The notes below the pieces were generated by a model. It did not search any database. It was given only the letters and a program-made list of their open reading frames with translations, and was not told the origin of the DNA. A DNA stretch of 32,000 nucleotides from Micrococcus luteus NCTC 2665 (lineage in GTDB: Bacteria > Actinomycetota > Actinomycetes > Actinomycetales > Micrococcaceae): positions 1 through 32,000 of the forward strand of contig NC_012803.1 in assembly GCF_000023205.1 (NCBI RefSeq), written 5' to 3'. The position numbers were made by a program, and so were the translations under genes. This document shows positions 11,645 through 19,700 of the stretch, piece by piece (position 1 is the first letter of the stretch; each line of letters starts with the position of its first letter).

Positions 11645-13309
11645 TCACGGGGGCATGGCGCAATTGGTAGCGCACCTGCTTTGCAAGCAGGGGGTTAGGG
11701 GTTCGAGTCCCCTTGCCTCCACCAAAAGGTCGTTGTTCAAACCAGCGACATCACCGGTTTGAGTTCTAGACTCCGCCGTCCGTCCTTGTTGACGGACGGC
11801 GAGGGTCTGGACGTCGGGGTTGAGGAACACGGTGAACGGGACGCCGGGTTCGCCGTGGATGGCGTCTTCGTCTTGGACGATGAGCTTGTCGAAGAAGGCT
11901 TGGTTGGCGATCCGTCGTAGTGAGTCGTCGATGCTCATGTAGATGGCGTGCATGTCGCCTGCGAGGGCGAGGCAGTCGTCCAGGTGGGCTTTCGCTTGGT
12001 CGTACTCGATGTCGCCGGCCTTGATCTGCGCATCGAGGAACACGAGCCGTCGGGCGATGCGACGCTGCTCGGAGCCGAGCAGGTCGAGGGGCACGGCTCC
12101 GGCGTAGTGGGCCTGCATGAGCTTGGTGCGCTCATCGCGGAGCGCGTCGCGTTCGATCTTGTACGCCTGGCGCTCCTGCTTGGCGACGGCGTGGAGCCGG
12201 TCGAACTCGCCGGTGACCAGCTCACGGAGCGCGGTCACGACGTGTTCGGGTATCTGCACCTGTCGGTAGTGGTCCTCGACGGCGGCTTCGATGTCGGGCA
12301 CGAACATGGACTTGCGCTCGCAGTTGGTGCGCTTCGCGTGCCGGCCGGAGCACATGAAGTACGGGTAGACGACCCCGCGGCGGCTCCTGGCGTTGGTCAG
12401 CGTCAGCCGGGACCCGCACTCCCCGCAGTACAGGCTTCCCTTGAGGTAGTGGTCGTGGGATTGAGTCTTCTCTCCAGATGTCTGATGCGCGTTCAGAACG
12501 GCCTGAACTCGGTACCAGACCTCGCGCGCGACCAGGGGTTCGTGGATGCCGTCGTAGCTGGCGCCGCGGAACCGGACGCTGCCCTTGTAGTAGGGGTTGG
12601 TGAGCATTTTGTGGATCGTAGACAGCACCGGCGGCTTGGAGGGCCGCTTCGGGGTGGGCACGGTCGTCAGACCCCGGTCGATCAGCTCCTCACGCAGGCT
12701 GATCGTGGAGTGGTTACCGGTGGCGTAGGCCTCGAACGCCCATCGCACCAGCGGGGCACGGTCGGGGTCCACCTCGACGGTGCGGACCTCGCGGCCGAGT
12801 TCGTCGCGGCGGGTGACGTTGAGGTAGCCCATGGGTGCTTTGCCGTTGGTGCCGCCACTGAGCGCCTTCTGGTTCATGCCCTTGGAGACCTCGCCAGCGA
12901 GGTTGCGGGAGTAGAACTCCGCGATGGTCGACATGATGCCGTGCAGCAGCATCCCCGACGGAGTCTCGTCGATGTTCTCGGTCGCGGAGACGAGCACGAC
13001 CCCGGCCTCTTTGAGGGCGAGGTGGATGGTCACGTCATCGGCGCGGTTGCGGGCGAGCCGGTCGACCTTGTGGACGATGCAGTATGCGACCTGGTGCGTT
13101 TGGACGTACTCGATCATCCGCATCAGTTCGGGCCGGTCGGCCTTGCGGGCGGACTCGCCGGCGTCGATGAACTCCTCGGTGATGACGGCGTTCAGGTCGC
13201 GGGCCTTGCGCAAATTCGCCTCCCGCTGGGCGGGGATCGAGAAGCCCTCGGCACGGCCGCCGCGTTCGGCTTGTTCCTTGGTGGACACGCGCAGGTAGGA
13301 GACGGCCAT
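11645..13309 (-). CDS. Large serine recombinase (integrase of the element)
   Basis: The start was trimmed to the ATG at 13309 (MAVSYLRVSTKEQ, catalytic Ser motif). It has a resolvase domain, a recombinase domain, a zinc ribbon (YCGECGSRL...FMCSGRHAKRTNC) and a coiled-coil region. The reading frame has no stop until 11645, inside antisense tRNA-Ala. Confidence 0.9.
   Translation of the reverse strand: MAVSYLRVSTKEQAERGGRAEGFSIPAQREANLRKARDLNAVITEEFIDAGESARKADRPELMRMIEYVQTHQVAYCIVHKVDRLARNRADDVTIHLALKEAGVVLVSATENIDETPSGMLLHGIMSTIAEFYSRNLAGEVSKGMNQKALSGGTNGKAPMGYLNVTRRDELGREVRTVEVDPDRAPLVRWAFEAYATGNHSTISLREELIDRGLTTVPTPKRPSKPPVLSTIHKMLTNPYYKGSVRFRGASYDGIHEPLVAREVWYRVQAVLNAHQTSGEKTQSHDHYLKGSLYCGECGSRLTLTNARSRRGVVYPYFMCSGRHAKRTNCERKSMFVPDIEAAVEDHYRQVQIPEHVVTALRELVTGEFDRLHAVAKQERQAYKIERDALRDERTKLMQAHYAGAVPLDLLGSEQRRIARRLVFLDAQIKAGDIEYDQAKAHLDDCLALAGDMHAIYMSIDDSLRRIANQAFFDKLIVQDEDAIHGEPGVPFTVFLNPDVQTLAVRQQGRTAESRTQTGDVAGLNNDLLVEARGLEPLTPCLQSRCATNCAMPP
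11649..11724 (+). tRNA. tRNA-Ala (anticodon TGC), CCA encoded
   Basis: Acceptor GGGGGCA/TGCCTCC with the G3:U70 alanine identity pair. Anticodon stem CCTGC/GCAGG with loop TTTGCAA, T arm AGGGG-TTCGAGT-CCCCT, discriminator A followed by CCA. Confidence 0.95.
11774..11801. repeat. 11-bp perfect inverted repeat at the chromosome/element junction
   Basis: cgccgtccgtc (11774-11784), 6-nt loop cttgtt, gacggacggcg (11791-11801). It lies 50 nt after tRNA-Ala and inside the recombinase ORF tail. Confidence 0.9.
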
Positions 13310-13369
13310 GGTGGTGGTCTCACCGATGCGGTCCAGAGCAGTAGTGGCTGGTGGTTGTGTAATGGTCAC

Positions 13370-13461
13370 GGGTCGTGTTCCCTTCCCCGGATTGATCGGG
13401 GCCAGCACAAGCGGCGGCTACCGCTTGGTGCGGTGCGACTCGTAAAAGGGAAACACGACCC
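13370..13461. repeat. Nested inverted-repeat structure in the recombinase 5-prime leader
   Basis: Outer 15-bp stem with a 1-nt bulge (gggtcgtgttccctt 13370-13384 pairs with aagggaaacacgaccc 13446-13461). It encloses two hairpins, 13385-13401 (ccccg/cgggg) and 13409-13426 (aagcgg/ccgctt). Confidence 0.85.
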
Positions 13462-13538
13462 AGCCGACTCGATATCGGAGCCTGCTGGGTAAGCCACGAA
13501 GGCCAAACAGGACTGCGCACCACGACCGAACCGGAGGT

Positions 13539-13781
13539 TCAGTCGTTGGCTTCTTGCTGGTCCGATTCTACCTTGCTGTCCCGACATGCGCCGGGAACCG
13601 GCGACACGGCGTCCGGTGCGGGACGGGCGCGGTCTTGTTCGGCGCGGGAGCGGGCCATGCCGATGAACAGTTGCGCGAGCTTGTGCAGGTCGGGTGTCTC
13701 ACGCGGCTCGGCCTCGATCCGGTAGTCCCGTATCCGATCCGGCAGCCGCTCATCCCGGCCGGGCGTATCTGGGCGTGTCAT
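13539..13781 (-). CDS. Hypothetical small protein (80 aa)
   Basis: ATGA start/stop overlap with the upstream gene (13778-13781) suggests translational coupling. No recognisable domain. Confidence 0.5.
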   Translation of the reverse strand: MTRPDTPGRDERLPDRIRDYRIEAEPRETPDLHKLAQLFIGMARSRAEQDRARPAPDAVSPVPGACRDSKVESDQQEAND

Positions 13782-14350
13782 GAGATTTCTCCGGTGCGTT
13801 CATCGAGGGTGCGGAAGAACGCCTCCTCGGCTTCGCGGCGCGCCTCGACTTGTTCGAACACGAACTCCACGAAGTCCTCGCCACGGTCGGCGATGATGAC
13901 GTCCTCGACGGGCGGGGCGGGGTCTTCACCGGGCCAGACGGTCTGCCGGGTGTGCCGGTCGCGGTCCAGGCGGGTGCCGGAGGCCGCGACCCATTCGCGG
14001 AGCCTGTTGCGGGCGTCGGCGAAGTCGCGGTGCCAGCCGACGGGAGCCGAACCGTTCTGTTCGGGGTCGTAGGCGCACAGCCAGTGGATGTGCAGAGCGG
14101 ACAGCTCCCACATCAGTTCGGGGTGTCGGTGCCAGAACGGCGGGATCACCGCAGCGGGGAGCCCGTAGGTGCGGCGAAGCCACGCCACCCAGTCGTTCAG
14201 CGCCAGCCACTCTTGTTCCAGGTCGTGCGCGTTCAGCAGGTTCCAGTTCACCGGGTGCGGCGGCTCCGCCACGTCATCTGATGGGGTATCGGTGCCGGGG
14301 TCGTCGTCCCGGTAGTCGGGTTCGTCTGGTCCGGGGGTGTATTCGTCCAT
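13778..14350 (-). CDS. Conserved hypothetical protein (resembles DUF4913 proteins found next to T4CP genes in actinobacterial elements, from memory)
   Basis: 190 aa with an acidic N-terminus and a Trp-rich core (WLALNDWVAWLRRTYGL...PPFWHRHPELMWELSALHIHW). A gaagggga RBS precedes the ATG at 14350. Confidence 0.7.
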   Translation of the reverse strand: MDEYTPGPDEPDYRDDDPGTDTPSDDVAEPPHPVNWNLLNAHDLEQEWLALNDWVAWLRRTYGLPAAVIPPFWHRHPELMWELSALHIHWLCAYDPEQNGSAPVGWHRDFADARNRLREWVAASGTRLDRDRHTRQTVWPGEDPAPPVEDVIIADRGEDFVEFVFEQVEARREAEEAFFRTLDERTGEIS

Positions 14351-14368
14351 CGTCAGCGTCCCCTTCGG

Positions 14369-14815
14369 TCACATGCTCACGGCCGCAGGCGACTGCGTGA
14401 CGGGGCGGTGCTCGGGGGCGGTGAACGCGGCCGCGTCCCGCTCAGGCGCTGCCCGGCGGGGTGCACGGTCGACGTCGTAGCGGGTGCGGGCCATGTCATG
14501 CCCGAGCCTGCGGGCGACGAACTCCTCACCCTCGACCGCTTGACCGTCGCGTTGGTGGGTGTATTCGCGGACGTAGCCCTCGGCGATGAACTTGTCGCCC
14601 TTCGCAAGTCGTTCGTGGCCCTGCTCTGCGGCGGCCTTGAAGGCGACCAGGTTGTGGAAGGTGGTCTCCAACTGGGTGAACGACCGGTCGTCCTCCTGCC
14701 GGTAGTGTTCCTTGCCGACCTTCATGTACAGCCGGGCATCGCCGTTCTCGGTGCGGGTGAGTTGCGGGTTGGACGCGACGAAGCCCGAGAACGACTGTTG
14801 AGTCTGGATAGCCAT
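14369..14815 (-). CDS. ssb: Single-stranded DNA-binding protein (element-encoded)
   Basis: 148 aa. The N-terminal OB-fold pattern (GFVASNPQLTRTENGDARLYMKV...FHNLVAFKAAAE...LAKGDKFIAEGYV) is typical of SSBs. There is no canonical acidic C-terminal tip. Confidence 0.8.
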   Translation of the reverse strand: MAIQTQQSFSGFVASNPQLTRTENGDARLYMKVGKEHYRQEDDRSFTQLETTFHNLVAFKAAAEQGHERLAKGDKFIAEGYVREYTHQRDGQAVEGEEFVARRLGHDMARTRYDVDRAPRRAAPERDAAAFTAPEHRPVTQSPAAVSM

Positions 14816-14902
14816 CGGAATCCCCTCCTGAAACGCGGCGTCCCCGGATCGGGATCGCTGGTGTCAGACAGGTGCACACCCCACCCCGGCGGGCGCGGCG
14901 GG

Positions 14903-16687
14903 TCAGGAACCAGGGCGACGCAGCAGCGCCTCGATCTCGGCCCGGTCGGTCTTCAGCTGGGCGGCATCGGGCCGAGAAGGCCAGGCGCGTAGGTCGGTGA
15001 CGATCGGTGGTGCGGCGCGGAGGAGGGTGACGCCGGTGCCGAATGGGAGGGTTCTGATTCGGTCTGGCGGGAGGATCGGGACGCGGCGGATGGAGCGTTG
15101 GTTGGAGCGCGTGCCGTGGTCGCCGAGGGTGACGGAATCGGTGTACTCGTCGCGTTCACCGATGAGCGTGCTCAGGTCTTGAAGGTCGCGGGAGTTGGAG
15201 GCGCCGCCAAGGATGATTTTGACGATGCTGGCGTCCCAGATCGCGCTGGCGGCGTTGTCGTTCCACTTGTCCCGTGCTTGGGCGAGGGATTGGAGGACGG
15301 GCAGGGTGGTGATACCGGTACCTCCGCCCTCAGCCATCAACGTCGGTAGGGACGGCAGGGGTGCGAGGTTGCCGATCTCGTCCAGGGCGAGGAGCAGGGG
15401 CGGGTCGAGCCTTGCGCCGGGTGAGCGGGCGGCGATGCGGCGGGCGGTTTCGATGAGGTCTTCGACGAACGCCGCCACTAGCGCGGCGGATGCGCCGGCG
15501 CCCGCGCCGGTAGCGAGGAGGTAGAGCGTGCCGCGGTCGCGGATGAAGGTTTCGGGGTCGAAGCCCTCACCCGGCCCGGGCGACACCGCATCGAGCACAC
15601 GGGGGTCGGCCAGCGCGCCGAGGGCCAGGGCGACGCCCTGCCAGATCGAGTCCCTCGTTTTGGGGTCGGCGTCGATCATCGCTCCGAGGGAGTCCGCCCA
15701 CCCGGTGGCCGCCTGAGTGGTGTTGGTGAGGATGGCGACGGCTTCGGCGGCGGCGGAGGGGTCGAGGGTCCAGCGGAACAGCTCTGCTGGGGGCCGGTGG
15801 TCAAGCGCCGCGGCATGCAGCAGCGCTTGGAGGGCGGTGCGGGTCTTGCCTTCCCAGAAGCCGCCGGATTCGACCCCGCCAGCGGACAGGCCGGTCGCTG
15901 ACGACAGCCCGGTGGCTCGGATCATCGCCGTGAGCGGGTCCTCACAGCCGCGGATGGGTGACCAGCGCATTCCGGCGGGGATGCCTTCGGCGAGGTGTTG
16001 GGGGTCGAACACCGCCACCGGCCGGCCGCCACGCTGCCTCGCGCGGAGGGTGGCCGTGAGGTTGTCCGGCCGGGTCGAGGTGGTGACGACAGCGCCGGGC
16101 GCGTCGAGGATCGCGGGGATGACGATGTGCAGGCCTTTGCCGGAGCGGGGCGGGCCGATGAGCAGGATCGAGTCTTCTACCGACGCCCACACGTCGCGCC
16201 CTTTGGACGCGCCGATCCGATAGCCGACGTCCGACGGCGAGGGATCGGTTAGGGATGCGCGGAGTGTCTCGGCTCGGCGGAGCAGCGCTTTCGCTGAGGC
16301 GCTCTGGGTGATGTCGTGGGCCGTGGCGGTGCCGGCGAGGCGGCGCGGGTCGGTCTCGACCCGGCGGGAATGGCGGCGCAGCCGCACCCACACCCATGCC
16401 CCGGTGGTCACGAGCCCGGCCAGCATCGCCGCGGTGACGATCCAGTATGCGATGGGGTTGAGCCCGTCGGCGTCGAGCGCACCCGCTGGGTCGCCGGGGT
16501 TGAACAGCACTCCGAGCCCGGCTGCGGGGCTGGCCTCGGGTTGGGGTGTGCCAGTCAGGAACGCGGCGACGGAGCCGGAGGCGCGGAGGATGAGCGCGAT
16601 TCCGAACATCCCCATCAGGGCGATGAGCGCGGCGTTGGTCAGCTCGTCGCCAAACGACCCACCCTGCCGCCCCGTTGGGGTACTCAC
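14903..16687 (-). CDS. Type IV coupling protein (VirD4/TraG family)
   Basis: The start was trimmed to the GTG at 16687, a GTGA overlap with the upstream stop. It has two N-terminal TM helices, Walker A LLIGPPRSGKGL and Walker B LLLALDEIGN. The Arg/His-rich N-terminal extension of the track ORF looks non-coding. Confidence 0.9.
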   Translation of the reverse strand: MSTPTGRQGGSFGDELTNAALIALMGMFGIALILRASGSVAAFLTGTPQPEASPAAGLGVLFNPGDPAGALDADGLNPIAYWIVTAAMLAGLVTTGAWVWVRLRRHSRRVETDPRRLAGTATAHDITQSASAKALLRRAETLRASLTDPSPSDVGYRIGASKGRDVWASVEDSILLIGPPRSGKGLHIVIPAILDAPGAVVTTSTRPDNLTATLRARQRGGRPVAVFDPQHLAEGIPAGMRWSPIRGCEDPLTAMIRATGLSSATGLSAGGVESGGFWEGKTRTALQALLHAAALDHRPPAELFRWTLDPSAAAEAVAILTNTTQAATGWADSLGAMIDADPKTRDSIWQGVALALGALADPRVLDAVSPGPGEGFDPETFIRDRGTLYLLATGAGAGASAALVAAFVEDLIETARRIAARSPGARLDPPLLLALDEIGNLAPLPSLPTLMAEGGGTGITTLPVLQSLAQARDKWNDNAASAIWDASIVKIILGGASNSRDLQDLSTLIGERDEYTDSVTLGDHGTRSNQRSIRRVPILPPDRIRTLPFGTGVTLLRAAPPIVTDLRAWPSRPDAAQLKTDRAEIEALLRRPGS

Positions 16688-17247
16688 GACAGCCGCCGCA
16701 CGTGGATAGTGCCCGAGACGCGACCGAACAGCACGACCTCGCTGGCACCATCGGAGGGCAGCGACCGGAGTTGGCGTCGGTCCAGGAGGGCGCGAGCATG
16801 ACCGGTGCTGGTGGCATCGGTGTGGGAGATGATGACCGCGACGGCGATGTCCTCGGCGGGCACGAACCCTTCGCCGGTCACTTCGACCAGGTCCGGCCGC
16901 CGCTTGCTGCTGGCCTTGACCTGCGTGCCCCCTTCGGTGTCGGCCTCGGTGTCTGGTGGTTCGGGTGTGGTGTGGCGGCGGGCGCGGATGATGTCGGTGA
17001 ACACGGTGCCGTCGCTCTCGTGTACCTCGATGCGCACCGTGATGGTCCGGTCCCGGGTGAGCGCGTCCAGCAGGGGCCCGAAGGTGCTCCGCGTCCACGC
17101 GTCGCCTTCCGGTGGTGGGAAAACGGTGCCGTCGAGGGTGACGTCCAGGGCGCCGGTCTCGGTGACGGTGATGACCGCGTGCGGCAGCACGACCGGCGTG
17201 TCATCTGGTTCCGGTCCGGTGGCGTGGCGTGGGGGTTTGCGGTTCAT
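16684..17247 (-). CDS. Hypothetical protein (187 aa)
   Basis: The ATG at 17247 overlaps the TAA of the upstream VirB4-like gene (TAATG), and its stop overlaps the T4CP start. No recognisable domain. Confidence 0.65.
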   Translation of the reverse strand: MNRKPPRHATGPEPDDTPVVLPHAVITVTETGALDVTLDGTVFPPPEGDAWTRSTFGPLLDALTRDRTITVRIEVHESDGTVFTDIIRARRHTTPEPPDTEADTEGGTQVKASSKRRPDLVEVTGEGFVPAEDIAVAVIISHTDATSTGHARALLDRRQLRSLPSDGASEVVLFGRVSGTIHVRRLS

Positions 17248-18734
17248 TACTTCACCCCCGAGGTGAGCCGTGAGCTGGTGTCGAATAGTGCCAGTTCGGC
17301 GGGATGGAGTTGGTGCTGGGTGACGAAGGCCCGGTCCTTGATGCGCCACAGTCCCTGCCCGATGCCCAACGATGGGAGCAGTTTCTGCTCGGTGCCGGTC
17401 AGACCGAGGGCCTGGGCGGTGGGGCCGAGCTGATCGGATTCTTGCCGGTAGACGATCCGGGTCTCGGCATTGGCCAGCAGACTGTTCGCGAGGGAGCGCA
17501 TGGCGGAGCCGGCGTCGCCGACGTTGTCCAAGTCGGAGAGTTTGTGGAAGATCAGCATGTTCGCGATCCCGTAATGCCGCGCGAGCCGCCAGTGCGCGTC
17601 CATCCGCTTCAACAGCGCGGGGTGGGACATCAGCCGCCACGCTTCGTCGTAGATCACCCACCGCTGCCCGCCGTTGGGGTCCAGCAGCGCGGACTCCATC
17701 CACGCCGACGAACACGTCATCAATACCGAAATGAGGGTGGAGTTCTCGGTGACGCGGGACAGGTCGAGGCTGATCATCGGCAGGCTCGGGTCGAACCGGA
17801 CCGTGCTGGGGCCATCGAACAGGCCGGCGAGGTCACCGGCGACCAGACGGCGCAGCGCGTGGCCGACGAGCCGCCCGTCCTCAGCGAGCCTGGCGTCGGC
17901 GGCCGCGTCCGGGGCGAGGATGCGGTCGACGACCATCGGCAGGATCGGCACAGTGTTCTCCGTGACAACTGCGGTGAGGGCAAGGTCGATCGCCGTGTGC
18001 TCCAAGGGCGTCAACCCGCGTGCCAGGACGGTCTCGGCCAGAGCGCCGATGAGGTCACGGCGGCGGGACGCGACCGTGATCGCCCACTCCTGATCCGACA
18101 GCCCGGTGGGCCGGTGGCCTTCATCGAGGGGGTTGAGGCGTGTGTTCAGGCCGTGGCCGAGAACTATTGCCCGTCCGCCGACTGCGTTCGCGACGGCGGT
18201 GTGCTCGCCCTTCGGATCACCGGGGACGTACACGCGCCGCCCGAACGGCAGCGACCGCGTATAGAGCGACTTCGCCAGGGAGGACTTGCCCGAGCCCACG
18301 ATGCCCGCGAGGACGACGTTGGGGGCGGTGATCATCCCGCGGGCGTAGAGCACCCAGGGGTCGTAGACGAACGAGCCGCCGGAGTAGAGGTCTAGACCGA
18401 CGAATACCCCCTCGGAGCCGAGGCCGCCTTCGGCGACGAACGGATAGGCACCCGCGAGGGTCGCGGAGGTGTCCTGGTGGCGAGGGAGGTGGAACCCGCC
18501 CGGGGTGCGCAGCGCTGTAGGGCCGGGCTCACCGGCCGCGGGTAGGTAGGTGGTGGCTCTGCGTTCGGCCCGTTCGGTCTCGGCTTTCTCCCTGGCCGCG
18601 GCCTGCTCGGTACGGTGCTGCTCGGCTTGGAGGCGTGCAGCGGCCTGTTTGCGTTGTTTGCGGAGTCGGCGACGGTCGTCGGTCGGGGCGACCAGGACCG
18701 AGGTGTGCAGACGTTCGGGCTCGCGCGTGCTCAT
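17247..18734 (-). CDS. VirB4-like conjugation ATPase (short form)
   Basis: 495 aa with Walker A LAGIVGSGKSS and Walker B RWVIYDEAWRL. The N-terminus is a charged coiled segment (RKQRKQAAARLQAEQHRTEQAAAREKAETERAERR) rather than a canonical VirB4 N-terminal domain. Confidence 0.88.
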   Translation of the reverse strand: MSTREPERLHTSVLVAPTDDRRRLRKQRKQAAARLQAEQHRTEQAAAREKAETERAERRATTYLPAAGEPGPTALRTPGGFHLPRHQDTSATLAGAYPFVAEGGLGSEGVFVGLDLYSGGSFVYDPWVLYARGMITAPNVVLAGIVGSGKSSLAKSLYTRSLPFGRRVYVPGDPKGEHTAVANAVGGRAIVLGHGLNTRLNPLDEGHRPTGLSDQEWAITVASRRRDLIGALAETVLARGLTPLEHTAIDLALTAVVTENTVPILPMVVDRILAPDAAADARLAEDGRLVGHALRRLVAGDLAGLFDGPSTVRFDPSLPMISLDLSRVTENSTLISVLMTCSSAWMESALLDPNGGQRWVIYDEAWRLMSHPALLKRMDAHWRLARHYGIANMLIFHKLSDLDNVGDAGSAMRSLANSLLANAETRIVYRQESDQLGPTAQALGLTGTEQKLLPSLGIGQGLWRIKDRAFVTQHQLHPAELALFDTSSRLTSGVK

Positions 18735-19597
18735 AGCGACAACCCCCGCCCGACCGATCCTGAGGAGCGGGCCGGACCGGCGAACCAGTCCGGCTCCGCT
18801 CCCACCGGGACCTGCCTTGTCCGCGCGGACGCTGGCGTCACTGCGGTCCGGGGCGTGCTCGGATCGAGTGACCCGACGCCGCTGATGGCCTCACGCGCTG
18901 TCGCAACGTCGGTCTCGTCCAGGCCCGGGTCGGGTAGGGCGCCGGGGTGTGCCCGGAGCAGATTGATGTGCCCCATGAACGGGTTGTAGGTGAGCGTGTA
19001 GTCGCCGTCCGTGACGACCCGGTCGAGCTGCCCGGTGGGTGGTTCGTCGTAGACGTACCCGTTCTCCAGTGCCGCGTCGGTGGTCTCGTCCCCGTAGTCC
19101 CAGTTCTTCAGGTGCTCGATGGCGGCGTCGGGGCCGTCGCGGCCGATGAGGTCGAGCACTTCGTCGGCTTCTGAGCCTTGGAGGAAGACGACGCTGAGCC
19201 AGCGCCGCGATGCTTCCGTGGACACTGCTTCCCGGTCGACCTCCTGCGCTGGGGCGTGCCAGGCGATGCGTCCGGAATGGATCATCGCGGCATTGACTCG
19301 CTCCTCGACTCCATCGAGGAGCGTTCCGGCGTGGTGCAGGTCGTCTGCGGCCGCGAGGGCTTCGGAGGCACCGATCGCTTGGTCACCGTCATCGTCGTGA
19401 GCGCGGCCGCGATGAACGAGATGCGTGGAGCCGACCTGATCGAGTACCTGGCGCAGCGACCGGATGCCCGAGAGGAGGTCGCCGAGCACGCTGTAGGTGT
19501 CGGCAGGGTTGTCGAAGGTACGGCTGGCGTGCGCGAGCCCGCGCAGCGCCTCGGATGCTTCGCCAGCATCCTGGAGTGGGTCGTGATACGTGGGCAT
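18731..19597 (-). CDS. Hypothetical protein (288 aa)
   Basis: The ATG at 19597 lies 3 nt after the aggaggccg RBS (19601-19609). ATGA overlap with the VirB4-like start. No TM segment or known motif recognised. Confidence 0.65.
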   Translation of the reverse strand: MPTYHDPLQDAGEASEALRGLAHASRTFDNPADTYSVLGDLLSGIRSLRQVLDQVGSTHLVHRGRAHDDDGDQAIGASEALAAADDLHHAGTLLDGVEERVNAAMIHSGRIAWHAPAQEVDREAVSTEASRRWLSVVFLQGSEADEVLDLIGRDGPDAAIEHLKNWDYGDETTDAALENGYVYDEPPTGQLDRVVTDGDYTLTYNPFMGHINLLRAHPGALPDPGLDETDVATAREAISGVGSLDPSTPRTAVTPASARTRQVPVGAEPDWFAGPARSSGSVGRGLSL

Positions 19598-19700
19598 GAG
19601 CGGCCTCCTGTGACAAGCGCGAAGCCCCGGGCATCGGGGTCGACTGTCAGGTGCACGCGCGCCCACACGCCGCGAGGACCGGGGTGTGTGTGCGGGGCGG

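Noticed and set aside
11700-11724. Direct repeat of the tRNA-Ala 3-prime end marking the other att site, as seen for tyrosine-integrase islands
   Set aside because: I found no second copy of ggttcgagtccccttgcctcca anywhere in the window. The element uses a serine recombinase, and its far end lies outside the window, so the boundaries cannot be set this way.
11406-11762. 118-aa + strand ORF spanning the tRNA-Ile end, the spacer and tRNA-Ala
   Set aside because: It reads through two tRNA genes and is in a different frame from the RBS-preceded 53-codon micro-ORF. It is most likely spurious.
11948-13492. 514-aa + strand ORF
   Set aside because: It is antisense to the serine recombinase, which has the catalytic Ser motif, a zinc ribbon and coiled coil. 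It is a shadow ORF.
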